Source: Macrostomum lignano (taxonomy: Eukaryota). From it: 64,000 nt of DNA. The position numbers were made by a program, and so were the translations under genes. This document shows positions 39,193 to 51,929 of this stretch, one piece after another (the first letter of the stretch is position 1; each line of letters starts with the position of its first letter). The notes under the pieces were generated by a model that saw only the letters and a program-made list of their open reading frames with translations, did not search any database and was not told the origin of the DNA. The stretch spans positions 372,001 through 436,000 of the forward strand of contig NIVC01000150.1 in NCBI GenBank assembly GCA_002269645.1. Reading direction: 5' to 3'.

Positions 39193-41611
39193 TCATTTAA
39201 ACCCGTCCATCTGCCAGAGCTGCTCGTCCCCGCGGCCGCAGGCAACCATGGCCGGCTGGGACTTGGGCTGGGCGGCCAGCAACGGCACACCCATGCAGAG
39301 ACCGGTGTAAACGTGTCGCACCCGGAAGGAGCTGCCGCCCGCGCTGTCGGCAGCGAACAGCTGTTTGCTATCGGCATCGTCGCAGGTCTCCAGGGTGAGC
39401 TCGGCCCCCGAGTAGGCCAACGACCAGCAAACGTCGTCGCTGCGAAGTCGATTATCGGCGCCCCAGGCGAACAGCTGGTTGCCGCCCTGGCCGTGGCAGG
39501 GGCCCAGCCCCAGCTTGGCGTGCGCCTGATGGCCCATCGTGTCTGCGCACATCTTGTACCGGCTGTTGCCCATGGGGCCCAGGTATCTGAGGGGTGGGAT
39601 TGGGTGGGCGGGCGAGTGATGAACCGGTGAGGGAACAGGTAAAGTCGGAATCATTGGAACCGGTGAGGGAACAGGTGATTTTTGAATAATTGGAACCAGT
39701 GAGGGAACAGGTGATTTTTGAATCATTGGAACCGGTGAGGGAACAGGTGAAAACGGAATAAGTGGAACCGGTAAATCACAGGCAAATATAAGTCGGACCC
39801 GGTGAGATTTACCTGGCATTGGCAGGAAAATGCGACTCGGGATAAATATTTTCCAAATACCAGCCAAAAGATTTACAATTCAGTTTGGCTTTCAATTTCA
39901 ATCTGGCAGTCACGTCGCCATAGGCAACGGAGCGCAGGGCGGGGTTGATTCGCAGCAGCAGGTCTTTGTAGTCGTCCATCCACACGGCGGCGGTCCGCAT
40001 GGCGTTCTTGTTGAGTATGTTGGCCACGCCGCCCGGCCACGAGTAGGGCGAGATCTGCGGATTCGCATGGTCACTTGTTGTCAATCAAAGACAGGGGACA
40101 ATGACCAACTAGAGACAGATGGGTTTCGGGACAATGACTAACTAGAGACAGGGTATCGGGACAATGACCAACTAGAGACAGGGGGTATCGGGACAATGAC
40201 CAACTAGAGACAGGGGGTATCGGGAAAATGACCAACTAGAGACAGGGGGTATCGGGCGATGACCAACTAGAGACATCGGGCCAATGACCAACTCGAGACA
40301 GGGGGTATCGGAAAAATAACCATCTCAAAGACAAGCCAATGTGACCAATCAAAGACAGCAATGACCAATCAAAGACACCTCAATGACTAATCAAAAAGAA
40401 GCCAATGACCAATCAAAGACACAAGTCAATGACCAATCAAAGACAAGCCAATGTGACCAATCAAAGACAAGTCAATAACCGATCAAAGACAAGCCAATAT
40501 GACCAATCAAAGACAAGTCAATGACCAATCAAAGACAAGCCAATATGACCAATCAAAGACAAGTCAATAACCAATCAAAGACACCTCAATGACCAATTAT
40601 AGACAACTCAATTACCAATCAAAGACAACTCAATGACCAATCAAAGACAAGCCAATATGACCAATCAAAGAGAAGCCAATATGACCAATCAAAGAGAAGC
40701 CAATATGACCAATCAAAGACAACTCAATAACCAATCAAAGACACCTCAATGACCAATCATAGAGAACTCAATGACCAATCAATGACCAAAGACAAGCCAA
40801 TATGACCAATCAAAGACAAGCCAATATGACCAATCAAAGACAACTCAATGACCAATCATAGACAACTCAATGACCAATCATAGAGAACTCAATGACCAAT
40901 CAAAGACAACTCAATGACCAAAAATCAGCACCTTGCGAAAGACGTGACCAACTCGGGAGCACGTGACCAGCAGCAGGTGGCCGCCGCACATCCACACTCG
41001 AAAGGACATCTCCAAGTTCTCGCCACCCCAGATTTCCATGCCGGAATCATAGGCGCCGATCTCGAAGAAATAGCGCCTGTCAATGGTGAAGAGCCCGCCA
41101 GCCATGGTCGGGGTGTACAGCGGCATGGATCGGTCCTGCTTTCGCCTATCGAACTCGCGCTGGGGCACCGGGTACCAGCGGAAATTCAATCGCCAGTTGA
41201 ATCCGCCCCAGGTGCTGTCCGAGGCCGGCACGTATTGGAAATTCTGCTCAGATATGACATCGATAATCGGGCAGGCTACCGCCCGGCGGTTCCGTTTGAT
41301 CTCGGCTAGCAGGGGCTCCAGCCAGCCTGTGGTGGCCTCGCAGTGCGCGTCCAAGAAAGTGATGGTGTCGCCCTGGGCAACCGAGGCGCCACGGAGGCGA
41401 GCTCGGATCAGGCCGCTCCGGCTGGACATTCGCAGCACCCGAGTTGGCGTGGACAGGGTGGCAGTGTACTCGTCTAGAGGCTTGCCCAGGAACGGCCGGG
41501 TGCTGCTATCGTCAACTAGGATGACCTGCGGACGGAGACGCTTTAATTATTGTTGATTTCCTCGAATGTCTCCATAACAACAGCTGTCATTCAGTCCTCC
41601 ATTGATTCAAT

Positions 41612-41684
<73 letters not shown>

Positions 41685-41869
41685 TAGATAGACAGACAGA
41701 CAGACAGACTGACTGACAGGCAGACAGACAGACAGACAGACAGACTGACTGACTGACAGGCAGACAGACAGACTGACTGACAGGCAGACAGACAGACAGA
41801 CAGACAGACTGACTGACTGACTGACAGGCAGACAGACAGACAGACAGGCAGACAGACAGACAGACAGAC

Positions 41870-41925
<56 letters not shown>

Positions 41926-42869
41926 TGACAGACAGACAGACAGACAGACAGATAGACAGACAGACAGATAGACTGACAGACAGACAGACAGATAGACAGA
42001 CAGACAGATAGACAGACAGACAGACAGACTGACAGGCAGACAGACAGACTGACAGACAGACAGACAGACAGACAGACAGGCAGACACTAAGACACTAAGA
42101 CATTTTTAGCCTGCTTTGGTCGTTCCCAATAGGGATTAATTCTTAATTTAAGTTATGAACCATGAAAAACACAGTTTAAGCATTGTTATTATCAACTTTC
42201 AACGATTAAGCATGAACTAACTACTAGTAACAGTAGTAGGTAAAGTAAGCTAAGCGCATAATAAAACGCGCGAACCTCTTTAAGACAGCCGGCGCACGAC
42301 CTGTCAATAACAGAGTGCACCGTCCTGAGCAGGGTGCTCCAGGCCTCGTTGTGGAACACGATCACCACGCTGGTGGTGGGCAGCCGATCCGGGTACAGCT
42401 TGGTCTGGCAGGCCGACATTCGATAATCGGGCAGCGTCCGGTTCAGCGCCATTAAGTCGCTGGCAACCAGGTTGAACTGGTTCTCCGAGAACAGGATCTT
42501 TGCGCGTTCGGCCAGCTCTGGCGGAACCACAACAGCCGCGCCGTTGTCGCCGGGGCGGGAGGGCGCCAGGCCCACCGCGTTGACCAGATTGTTCCACAGA
42601 GCGCCGACACCCCCGGCGCCGCCGCCTCCCCCAAGGCCGGCGGAGGACGGGAGCGGCGAAGAAGACGACGCTGCCGCATCTTTGGCGACGTTGAAAAGCT
42701 CGACGGCTGAGGCTTCAACTGGGTTGGGCGAACCGGCGTAGAGCAGGCAGGCGAGGCCCAGCAGGCTGAGCAGAAGAACGGCGACGACTGCCGACCGATT
42801 GGAGAGGCGGCCGCGACGCTGGTTGCAGCATTGGCGGCAGCGACGACGGCGGCAGACGAGCGACAGCAT
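39193..42869 (-). CDS. GALNT1: Polypeptide N-acetylgalactosaminyltransferase, GALNT1/13-like, 607 aa
   Basis: Exons 42869-42276, 41525-40932, 40054-39813 and 39586-39193 with phases 0/0/2 consistent. It has a type II TM anchor, [33 protein letters not shown] (DXH), [39 protein letters not shown] and VGHVFRK, plus a C-terminal ricin-type lectin with CxD motifs. GALNT1 versus GALNT13 is not resolvable by eye. Confidence 0.95.
39620..39805. repeat. Degenerate ~37-bp repeat in GALNT intron 3
   Basis: GGAACCGGTGAGGGAACAGGTGA... about 5 copies. Confidence 0.8.
40095..40918. repeat. Compound minisatellite in GALNT intron 2 (AATGACCAACTAGAGACAGGGGGTATCGGG grading into AATGACCAATCAAAGACA...)
   Basis: Direct inspection. 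Confidence 0.9.
41610..42085. repeat. (GACA)n microsatellite in GALNT intron 1
   Basis: Direct inspection. Confidence 0.97.
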
Positions 42870-43994
42870 TCGATAAAGTGATTACCGGTGCCGGGGTGCC
42901 GGGGCTGCAGCGGAGGCCGCTGTGGTGCGCAGACAGGAGTGGCTGCTGCTGCTGGCTGTCGCCGCTGGAATTTTGGGGAAAGCCAAACGGCAATAGAAAT
43001 TTGACCACGGGTGCGAAATTGTTAATCAACAATAAACATATTGTTTACACATTGAGGTAGGTAAACATTTACTAAAGCAGCTGTTGAAAACTGTCGGGAA
43101 AGGCAATGAAGAAAAGAAAAATTCGTGCTGACACTAATTAGCAAAACAATAAAAGTGGCCCATCAATTGGCTGGGCGGCGTTTTTCAGCGTCAGGGTGGT
43201 GGGCAGTCGGCAGTTTTCAACACTACTCTCAGAACACTTAGACAGCCAGTGCCTGTCAAAAGTATTCAGACCGCAATCCAGCTTCTTTATAGTGCGCCGC
43301 CGCCTATTCCACTATTCATCTTTCATTCCGACTTGGAACTTTCCGACTATGGAATGTTGCTTTTTAAAATATCTATAGGTAGGGGGGGGGCGGGGACACG
43401 GCGCGGCCGTCCGCCGATATCAAAGCGACGCCGACAGGCTGCGGGCGCACACGCTAATAGATAGATAAAGGAATTCGCACTTTGCGCAGAGGATGGTCAT
43501 TACAAAGGAATGGCTGGCTGGGTTGACGGCGCGCACCGAATGAAATCTGCGAGCAGTTGGGAGTCTGGACTTTTATTGCGCACGGACGTCATCAAAATAG
43601 GCGGATATTTTCTACGGAAGCTTGCCGTCTAACGCCTGGATTATTTTATCTGTGGTACGAGTAAATAAATACGATTTATTTACTAATGACTAGATCCAAT
43701 ATATTCGTATCTTTTAAACCAGCGTAGTTAATACTCAAAGACTTGGACAGTGCAGAAGTTCTTCATGGATAAAGGAATTAACATCATATGATAGACGAAG
43801 AATAAAATCACTTGAAAGGTAATCCAAAATATTTCCAAAATTTGTCTATGGATGCTCCCAGTTCATATGTGCAGATTTATTGTTGCCCTGAAACCCACCA
43901 AACTGTCTATGGTTCTCAGCAGCGAAGCTCATCATAAAAGTACTTGGCCACACCCTCGAGTAGAATAAAGCGGCACTTCTGCAAGAAACCAACA

Positions 43995-44537
43995 ATGCAA
44001 GGTCGTCGAACACTTGCTAGCACAAAACAATCGGCCAAGATGCTAGCAAAAGGCGACAATGGTACGCGAAAGCAGCAGATAAGTCAGGCGCAACAGCAGC
44101 AAAAGAAGCAATCGTCAAGCGCATGCCGGGAACTCTGCACCAGTTGTCAATCGCGGATTCAAGACATTCTCCAAGGCGAACACGATAGAAGCTGCGGCGA
44201 GCGAGACTTTGAAATTTTTCAAACAACAATGCCCGACTATGCTGTTACTATGGTGCGCCAGAAACTGCTCAAACTAACCGAATCAAACAATTATCTGACT
44301 GGAGATGACGATAGCGAAATTTCTGGCAAAATAGGCAAATATCTCAGCCGGTTCATGGAGGAACGATTCGGCGGCGTCTGGAATGTCATTGTCGGGCAGG
44401 ACTTTGCCGCCTCCGTCATCTACGGAGCAAACAGTTTCCTGCACTGCGGCATCGATTCGGTGAACTACCTGCTGTTCTCCTGGCAGCCAGTCAGCTTGTT
44501 CAGCGACTGCATCGATAACAGCCTGAGGCTTTATTGA
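43995..44537 (+). CDS. Dynein light chain (LC8/Dynein_light family) domain protein with ~60-aa N-terminal extension, single exon, 180 aa
   Basis: First ATG at 43995 (the ORF track starts at an upstream TTG). FEIFQTTMP...ISGKIGKYLSRFMEERFGGVWNVIVGQDFAASV...FLHCGIDSVNYLLFS matches the DLC fold signature (W.vivG..F). Confidence 0.85.
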   Translation: MQGRRTLASTKQSAKMLAKGDNGTRKQQISQAQQQQKKQSSSACRELCTSCQSRIQDILQGEHDRSCGERDFEIFQTTMPDYAVTMVRQKLLKLTESNNYLTGDDDSEISGKIGKYLSRFMEERFGGVWNVIVGQDFAASVIYGANSFLHCGIDSVNYLLFSWQPVSLFSDCIDNSLRLY

Positions 44538-44849
44538 ACGCGACAACCAACAACGCAAACATTCTGACAGTAGCTACAGCATTGCTGTACATTATTTTAT
44601 CAACAGGCATACATGAGTGGTGCAACTATCAGTGTAACCAATGCAAATAAGCGTAAAGCAAAGCATCAATATACTAACGGGAATCTAACAACAATTTAGA
44701 AAACAACAACTCCGTCTGAGCCACATTTGAAATTATTGGTTCAGTATATTTAATATGATGACTTAAAACCGGTGGATGAAAACATACGAAACAATAAACT
44801 GATCATTTATTTAGCATAGTTTATCGCGCGGGTGTGCGTTCTTTTGGTC

Positions 44850-45424
44850 TCATCGGATCGAACGTTTCCTATGCTTTTGCTGCCATTTAGCACTGCTGAT
44901 TGATGGCTTCTGACGCGACTTCAACGGGGCTGCTTCTGGACGCGGCGGCGGCGTCGGCGGCGGCGTCGGCGGCGGCGCAGTCAGAGGCCAGTGCCGCCCA
45001 AGCGACAATTTAAAGTGCAAATCTGTAAGCTGATCGGCTGTCACGTTAGCCGTAGCAGTTGAAAATAATTGACGCATTAACAGATGAGGCAGCTGAGGCT
45101 GGGAACAGCAGGTTAGCATCAGGGATAGGCGAAAATGCCGATCGACCAGGTCCTCCTGGCTGCCGGGGCCCAGACAGGTGTGAGTCACGGTAGTGGTGGT
45201 AGCACCAGCTGCTGCTGCAGGCTCCACTCTGGGCTTTATAACTGACGAAGCTCGCTTAGCAACCGGCTTTTTCGGCGAGCTAGGCTTCGATAATCTGCAG
45301 ATTAAAAAATTACCAAAATACGTATTAATAGATTAAAACTTTATTGATTAATCAATAGAATATCAGCTAAACAAAAAATTATATTGAATTTTCAAGCTTA
45401 CCGTAGCGCAGGTTTCACCGCCAT
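44850..45424 (-). CDS. VGLL4: Vestigial-like 4/Tgi-type TEAD cofactor with two Tondu (TDU) motifs, ~155 aa
   Basis: Exons 45424-45402 and 45294-44850 (phase 2, gtaag/gcag). Motifs DLVDRHFRLSLM and QLTDLHFKLSLGRHW align with the two VGLL4 TDUs (VEEHFRRSLG, VDDHFAKALGDTW), and an upstream RASSVI resembles the VGLL4 RPSVI motif. A TATAAATA lies about 110 bp upstream. Further 5' exons cannot be excluded. Confidence 0.7.
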
Positions 45425-46039
45425 CTCCTTTTATGAACGTTTTTTTCCTCGGTTCGAACTTCGAAGGAACTTCTTTTAAAGAGAGATTTGGAGAGAGGGA
45501 CCCAGGTCTCTGGGTCGGGTTTTGCGCTTCTATTTATAACGGAGAGGCAGGGAGAGGGCAGAGAAAAGAAGGAATTCCAAAGGCCAGACGGAATAGCCCA
45601 GGGCAATTGGGGGTGGCGGTGGGCCCATCCAATAGCAGGCAAAGGGGTTATTTCAGTTGGATTTTGTCCAGCCAAGCAGGCTGTATATATTCGACATTTT
45701 TTCTTGAACAAAAAAAACACAGAGATAGAGAAACCGCAAGTCAGGTGAAGGGCGACTGGGCTACAGGTGGCACTTAAAAGAAGCAAGGACAGGGGAGTGG
45801 AAGGCGAGAACGAAGATAAGCTTGGCTGCTGTCGCAGTATTGCGCCTGTTGCCCTCTTGCCTCCTCGCGAGCGAGCATTCAAAAAATGCAGCCAAACCTG
45901 TAGGAATGCCAGGAATCTCTGGCGTGACCAAGCCAGGTGGGGTGGGGGGGTACTTCGGCATACCAGACCCAATGCACTCTCTCACTTTGCCTCCATCTTA
46001 CTATGCGCATGTTTGTCTTAATATCTATATCCTTCTATC

Positions 46040-47225
46040 TTTGTCTCCATCTTTATGTCTCTGTGTATATTTGTCTCCATCTTTATGTCTCTGTCTATCT
46101 TTGTCACTCTTTGTCTCTCTGTCCATCTTTGTCACTCTGTCTGTCTCTCTGTCCATCTTTGTCACTCTGTCTGTCTCTCTGTCCATCTTTGTCACTATGT
46201 ATGTCTCTCTGTCCATCTTTGTCACTCTGTATGTCTCTCTGTCCATCTTTGTCACTCTGTCTGTCTCTCTGTCCATCTTTGTCACTCTGTATGTCTCTCT
46301 GTCCATCTTTGTCACTCTGTGTGTCTCTCTATCTTTGTCACTCTGTATGTCTCTCTGTCCATCTTTGTCACTCTGTCTGTCTCTCTGTCTATCTTTGTCA
46401 CTCTGTATGTCTCTCTGTCCATCTTTATCACTCTGTATGTCTCTCTGTCCATTTTTGTCACTATGTATGTCTCTCTGTCCATTTTTGTCACTCTGTATGT
46501 CTCCCTGTCCATCTTTGTCACTCTGTATGTCTCTCTGTCCATCTTTGTCACTCTGTATGTCTCTCTGTCCATTTTTGTCACTCTGTATGTCTCTCTGTCC
46601 ATTTTTGTCACTCTGTATGTCTCTCTGTCCATCTTTGTCACTCTGTATGTCTCTCTGTCCATTTTGTCACTCTGTATGTCTCTCTGTCCATTTTTGTCAC
46701 TCTGTATGTCTCTCTGTCCATTTTTGTCACTCTGTATGTCTCTCTGTCCATTTTTGTCACTCTGTATGTCTCTCTGTCCATCTTTGTCACTCTGTATGTC
46801 TCTCTGTCCATCTTTGTCACTCTGTATGTCTCTCTGTCCATTTTTGTCACTCTGTATGTCTCTCTGTCCATTTTTGTCACTCTGTATGTCTCTCTGTCCA
46901 TTTTTGTCACTCTGTATGTCTCTCTGTCCATCTTTGTCACTCTGTATGTCTCTCTGTCCATCTTTGTCACTCTGTATGTCTCTCTGTCCATTTTTGTCAC
47001 TCTGTATGTCTCTCTGTCCATTTTTGTCACTCTGTATGTCTCTCTGTCCATCTTTGTCACTCTGTATGTCTCCCTGTCCATCTTTGTCACTCTGTATGTC
47101 TCTCTGTCCATCTTTGTCACTCTGTATGTCTCTCTGTCCATCTTTGTCACTCTGTATGTCACTCTATCTTTGTCACTCCTTATGTCTCTCTGTCTCTCTT
47201 TATGTCTCTCTGTCTGTCTCTGTCG
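46040..47225. repeat. 30-bp minisatellite (TCTCTCTGTCCATCTTTGTCACTCTGTATG)
   Basis: Direct inspection; highly homogeneous in the centre. Confidence 0.97.
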
Positions 47226-48084
47226 CTCTTTGTATCGCTGTCATAAAGAGTCTATCTGTGGGCTCTCAGTCTATGTTTGTCACTATTCAATTCAACTCCA
47301 ACAATAGTTTAATGGCAAGAATTTGTTGACACAAGTGAAAATAAAAAGGACACAAAAGGTTAAAAGCTGCTTTTTCATCACTATACTAAAAATGACTACA
47401 TGAAATAATTTGAAAAAAAGAAGGCGTGTTTATCGAAATTTGGCTTAGATTTAACCAATTCCCAAAAGCAATCACATATGTACGAACTGGAAGGTGTCGG
47501 AATAGAAGGAAAAACGCCCTAGCTATTAGGAGAATTTCACGTTAAGACATGCAGAGGAATGCAGAGATGGCAGAGATGGAAAATCGGGGAGCGGACTGAA
47601 TCCCAGAGACGATTTCACATAGCATAACACACTGTTGGCAACCATCGTCTGGGCAGGAGCTCCTGCGATTTAATAACCCCCACCCCCCACACACACACCC
47701 ACGCACACACAAACCCAGAAACACGTGAATACAAATTAAGCATGGCCTCAAAAAAACACAAAGAACTAACACAAAAGATCAACGCTATAAAAGCGCGGAA
47801 TCCGTCTCCAACAAGAATGCCTACTGTAGTCTATATATACACTTTATACCAACTGCCATCAATCAAAAAGCGAGCGCCAGACGCCGCTCCCATCATCAAT
47901 TGCCCGGCCTGCCTGGGCGTGCCTGGAGGCTGAACTGAGAGGCCAGCCAGAATAGAAATGGCGCAGACACCTCGTGATCGAGGAAAACGCTACAAAAAGT
48001 CTAACCAAGTACGCGGTTGACCCCCCCCCCCTGAAGAAGCCTGTTTTCAAGTGCAGCCTGGGACCATACTTCATACCAGATTTG

Positions 48085-48752
48085 AATGGATTGCTAATCT
48101 AGCCAGCATAACTGATGAAAGGAATAGAATAGATTGCTAATCTAGCCAGCATCACTGATCAGGGATGAAGGAATAGAATGGATTGCTAATCTAGCCAACA
48201 TCACTGATGAAGGAATAGAATGGATTGCTAATCTAGCCAGCATCACTGATGAAGGAATAGAATGGATTGCTAATCTAGCCAGCATCACTGATGAAAGGAA
48301 TAGAATAGATTGCTAATCTTGCCAGCATCACTGATCAGGGATGAAGGAATAGAATGGATTGCTAATCTAGCCAACATCACTGATGAAGGAATAGAATGGA
48401 TTGCTAATCTAGCCAGCATCACTGATGAAGGAATAGAATGGATTGCTAATCTAGCCAGCATCACTGATGAAAGGAATAGAATGGATTGCTAATCTAGCCA
48501 GCATCACTGATGAAAGGAATAGAATAGATTGCTAATCTAGCCAGCATCACTGATGAAGGAATAGAATGGATTGCTAATCTAGCCAGCATCACTGATAAAG
48601 GAATAGAATGGATTGCTAATCTAGCCAGCATCACCGATGAAGGAATAGAATGGATTGCTAATCTAGCCAACATCACAGATGAAGGAATAGAATGGATTGC
48701 TAATCTAGCCAACATCACTGATGAAGGAATAGAATGGATTGCTAATCTAGCC
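48085..48752. repeat. 42-bp minisatellite, inverted copy of the 35665-36350 family
   Basis: Unit GAATGGATTGCTAATCTAGCCAGCATCACTGATGAAGGAATA, with an internally duplicated variant block (CTGATCAGGGATGAAGG twice). Confidence 0.95.
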
Positions 48753-48967
48753 ACCACAGATACAACATTATAAATAACCAGTTTAGTGATGGTCTTTAGT
48801 ACTCGATACGGGCAGTACAAAATTTTGTATATTATTAAAAAAAGGCAAGCTTTAAGCCATATTTTCGAGCAGACATGCTGCTGTTATTAAAGAATTACAA
48901 TAAATCAAACAAATTTGCTATATTTTCAGCGTGGAACTGGGATAGAGACACATACACTCAGATACAG

Positions 48968-49204
<237 letters not shown>

Positions 49205-49517
49205 CACACAACACAAGGATCATTACCCAGCATATCAGTTTAATTCATGCACTGTAAATTGGGTTAACAGATTATTTTGTTCGGACAGACAGACAGACAG
49301 ACATGATATTTAGCCACCAGTATACTTTTGCACTGCTACAGTCTAGACAACTTTCATTATAATAGTTCTATTGTGTACTAGGCTACGCGAACAGGAATAT
49401 CGAGGGTTCAAGAGTAACAGACTAGCATTTTATGCATTCATAGCATTAATTTTTCTGCAGGATAAATAACTTGTAGACAAATGTTGATAAAAATATTCAA
49501 TCGAGATTCGAAAAATG

Positions 49518-50335
49518 GATTGAAGTGACCTGGGATTGAAGTGACCTGGGATCAGAGTGACCTGGGATCGAAGTGACCTGTGATCGAAGCGACCTGGGAT
49601 TGAAGTGACCTGGAATCGAAGTGACCTGGGATTGAAGTGACCTGGGATTGAAGTGACCTGGGATCGAAGTGACCTGGGATTGAAGTGACCTGGGATTGAA
49701 GTGACCTCGGATTGAAGTGACCTGGAATCGAAGTGACCTGGGATTGAAGTGACCTGGGATTGAAGTGACCTGGGATCAGAGTGACCTGGGATCGAAGTGA
49801 CCTATGATCGAAGTGACCTGGGATTGAAGTGACCTGGGATCGAAGTGACCTGGGATTGAAGTGACCTATGATCGAAGTGACCTGGGATTGAAGTGACCTG
49901 GGATCGAAGTGACCTGGGATTGAAGTGACCTGGGATTGAAGTGACCTCGGATTGAAGTGACCTGGGATTGAAGTGACCTGGGATCGAAGTGACCTGGGAT
50001 TGAAGTGACCTGGGATTGAAGTGACCTCGGATTGAAGTGACCTGGGATTGAAGTGACCTGGGATCAAAGTGACCTGGGATCGAAGTGACCTATGATCGAA
50101 GTGACCTGGGATTGAAGTGACCTATGATCGAAGTGACCTGGGATTGAAGTGACCTGGGATCGAAGTGACCTGGGATCAAAGTGACCTGGGATCGAAGTGA
50201 CCTGGGATTAAAGGGACCTATGATCGAAGTGACCTGGGATTGAAGTGACCTGGGATCGAAGTCACCTGAGATTAAAGTGACCTACGGATTGAACTGAAGT
50301 GCTTAGGGTTGAAGTGACCCAAGATTTAAGTGACC
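49518..50335. repeat. 16-bp minisatellite (GAAGTGACCTGGGAT[T/C])
   Basis: Direct inspection. Confidence 0.97.
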
Positions 50336-51059
50336 TAGGATTTCAATTTTCAAGTCATATATGCCTTAAAATTCCTAAAAGCTAAATTATTTGAAAACAT
50401 GTGCAACATAGGACCTTTATAGTAGTAACCAATGAACATTTCTTTCAAAAAAGTAAGTACAACAGGCAAAAAAGTCATGAAAATATATTTTGAAAAAATA
50501 TAAGTTGTTTACATGTCTAATAAGAATAGTTCATGAAAAATTTCAATATTTAATTAAGGAAAAGGCAAACATCAAGTCAAAGATAGTTTAAATGATCAAA
50601 TTGAAATAGATTGTAGCCTTTAGAAACTATTATAAGGCAGGTATATGCTAGAACAAAATGGTCTTGCAAACTGCTAAGATACATAAGATTGATTATATAT
50701 TTTGGGGGTCCGCAAGACTGACAACTCTATCTCATATATCTAATAAGATATACATTGCAATGCATTACTAAATATACACAATAATACTCAGTTAAAGAAG
50801 TAATATATATTTCATATTATGATTATATTTTATATTTCATATTAATATCATACATGCGCAACTGCTGGCCGACCTGGCCGATCCGGCCACTGTAAATCGT
50901 GGCTGACCAGGGGTAAGTCGCAAAATTGAGTCAACCAAAAACAGAAAAACACAAGAACCAAGAAAGGCAAGAGGAAAGCGAAAGAAAGAGCAGTTCAGGG
51001 AAAATGGTGAAGCAAAAGAAAAACAATTCGCAAAAGAAGCAAACTAAGTTGTAAAAAGA

Positions 51060-51680
51060 ATCAGGTAAGTCGCAAAAGAAGCAAACTAAGTCACAAAAAG
51101 GATCAGGTAAGTCGCAAAAGGGTTAGGTAAGTCGCAAAAAGGATTAGGTAAGTCGCAAAAAGGATTAAGTAAGTCGCAAAAAGGATTAGGTAAGTCGCAA
51201 AAGGGTTAGGTAAGTCGCAAAAAGGATTAGGTAAGTCGCAAAAGAAGCAAACTAAGTCACAAAAAGGATCAGGTAAGTCGCAAAAGGGTTAGGTAAGTCG
51301 CAAAAAGGATTAGGTAAGTCGCAAAAAGGATTAAGTAAGTCGCAAAAAGGATTAAGTAAGTCGCAAAAAGGATTAGGTAAGTCGCAAAAGGGTTAGGTAA
51401 GTCACAAAAAGGATCAGGTAAGTCGCAAAAGGGTTAGGTAAGTCGCAAAAAGGATTAGGTAAGTCGCAAAAAGGATTAGGTAAGTTGCAAAAAGGATTAG
51501 GTAAGTCGCAAAAAGGATTAGGTAAGTCGCAAAAAGAATCAGGTAAGTCGCAAAAAGGATTAGGTAAGTCGCAAAAAGGATTAGGTAAGTTGCAAAAAGG
51601 ATTAAGTAAGTTGCAAAAAGGATTAAGTAAGTCGCAAAAAGGATTAGGTAAGTCGCAAAAAGAAGCAACTAAGTCGCAAT
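51060..51680. repeat. 21-bp minisatellite (AGGTAAGTCGCAAAAAGGATT)
   Basis: Direct inspection. The TAAGTCGCA core recurs at ~50915 and ~53125-53160. Confidence 0.95.
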
Positions 51681-51929
51681 AAGAGGGAAGTAAGTCACAA
51701 TCAGAGGCAATCAGGGGGTAGTAGGTGCAAGTGTGGCAGGAGAGCAAAAACAGAATAGAAGCCTTCAACCACAGACAAGATCTTTGAAATCAGAAGCCCG
51801 CGTCAACAGTTTCCCATTGATTTCTTAAACTCTGGAGCAGGGGTTGGCAAACTCCGGCTCGCGAAGCCCCTCTATCTGGCCCTCGCCCCTCGGGTTCTTT
51901 GAAACTTCCTAACTAGCAAGGTTGGTGTC

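Noticed and set aside
48085-48752. CTGATGA in the 42-bp unit as a tandem hammerhead ribozyme (as in schistosome or newt satellites)
   Set aside because: No stem II followed by GAAA and no stem I/III pairing around an NUH site. The CTGATGA is part of a local palindrome. The same applies to CTGATGAGCC...GGC at ~52805, which lacks GAAA.
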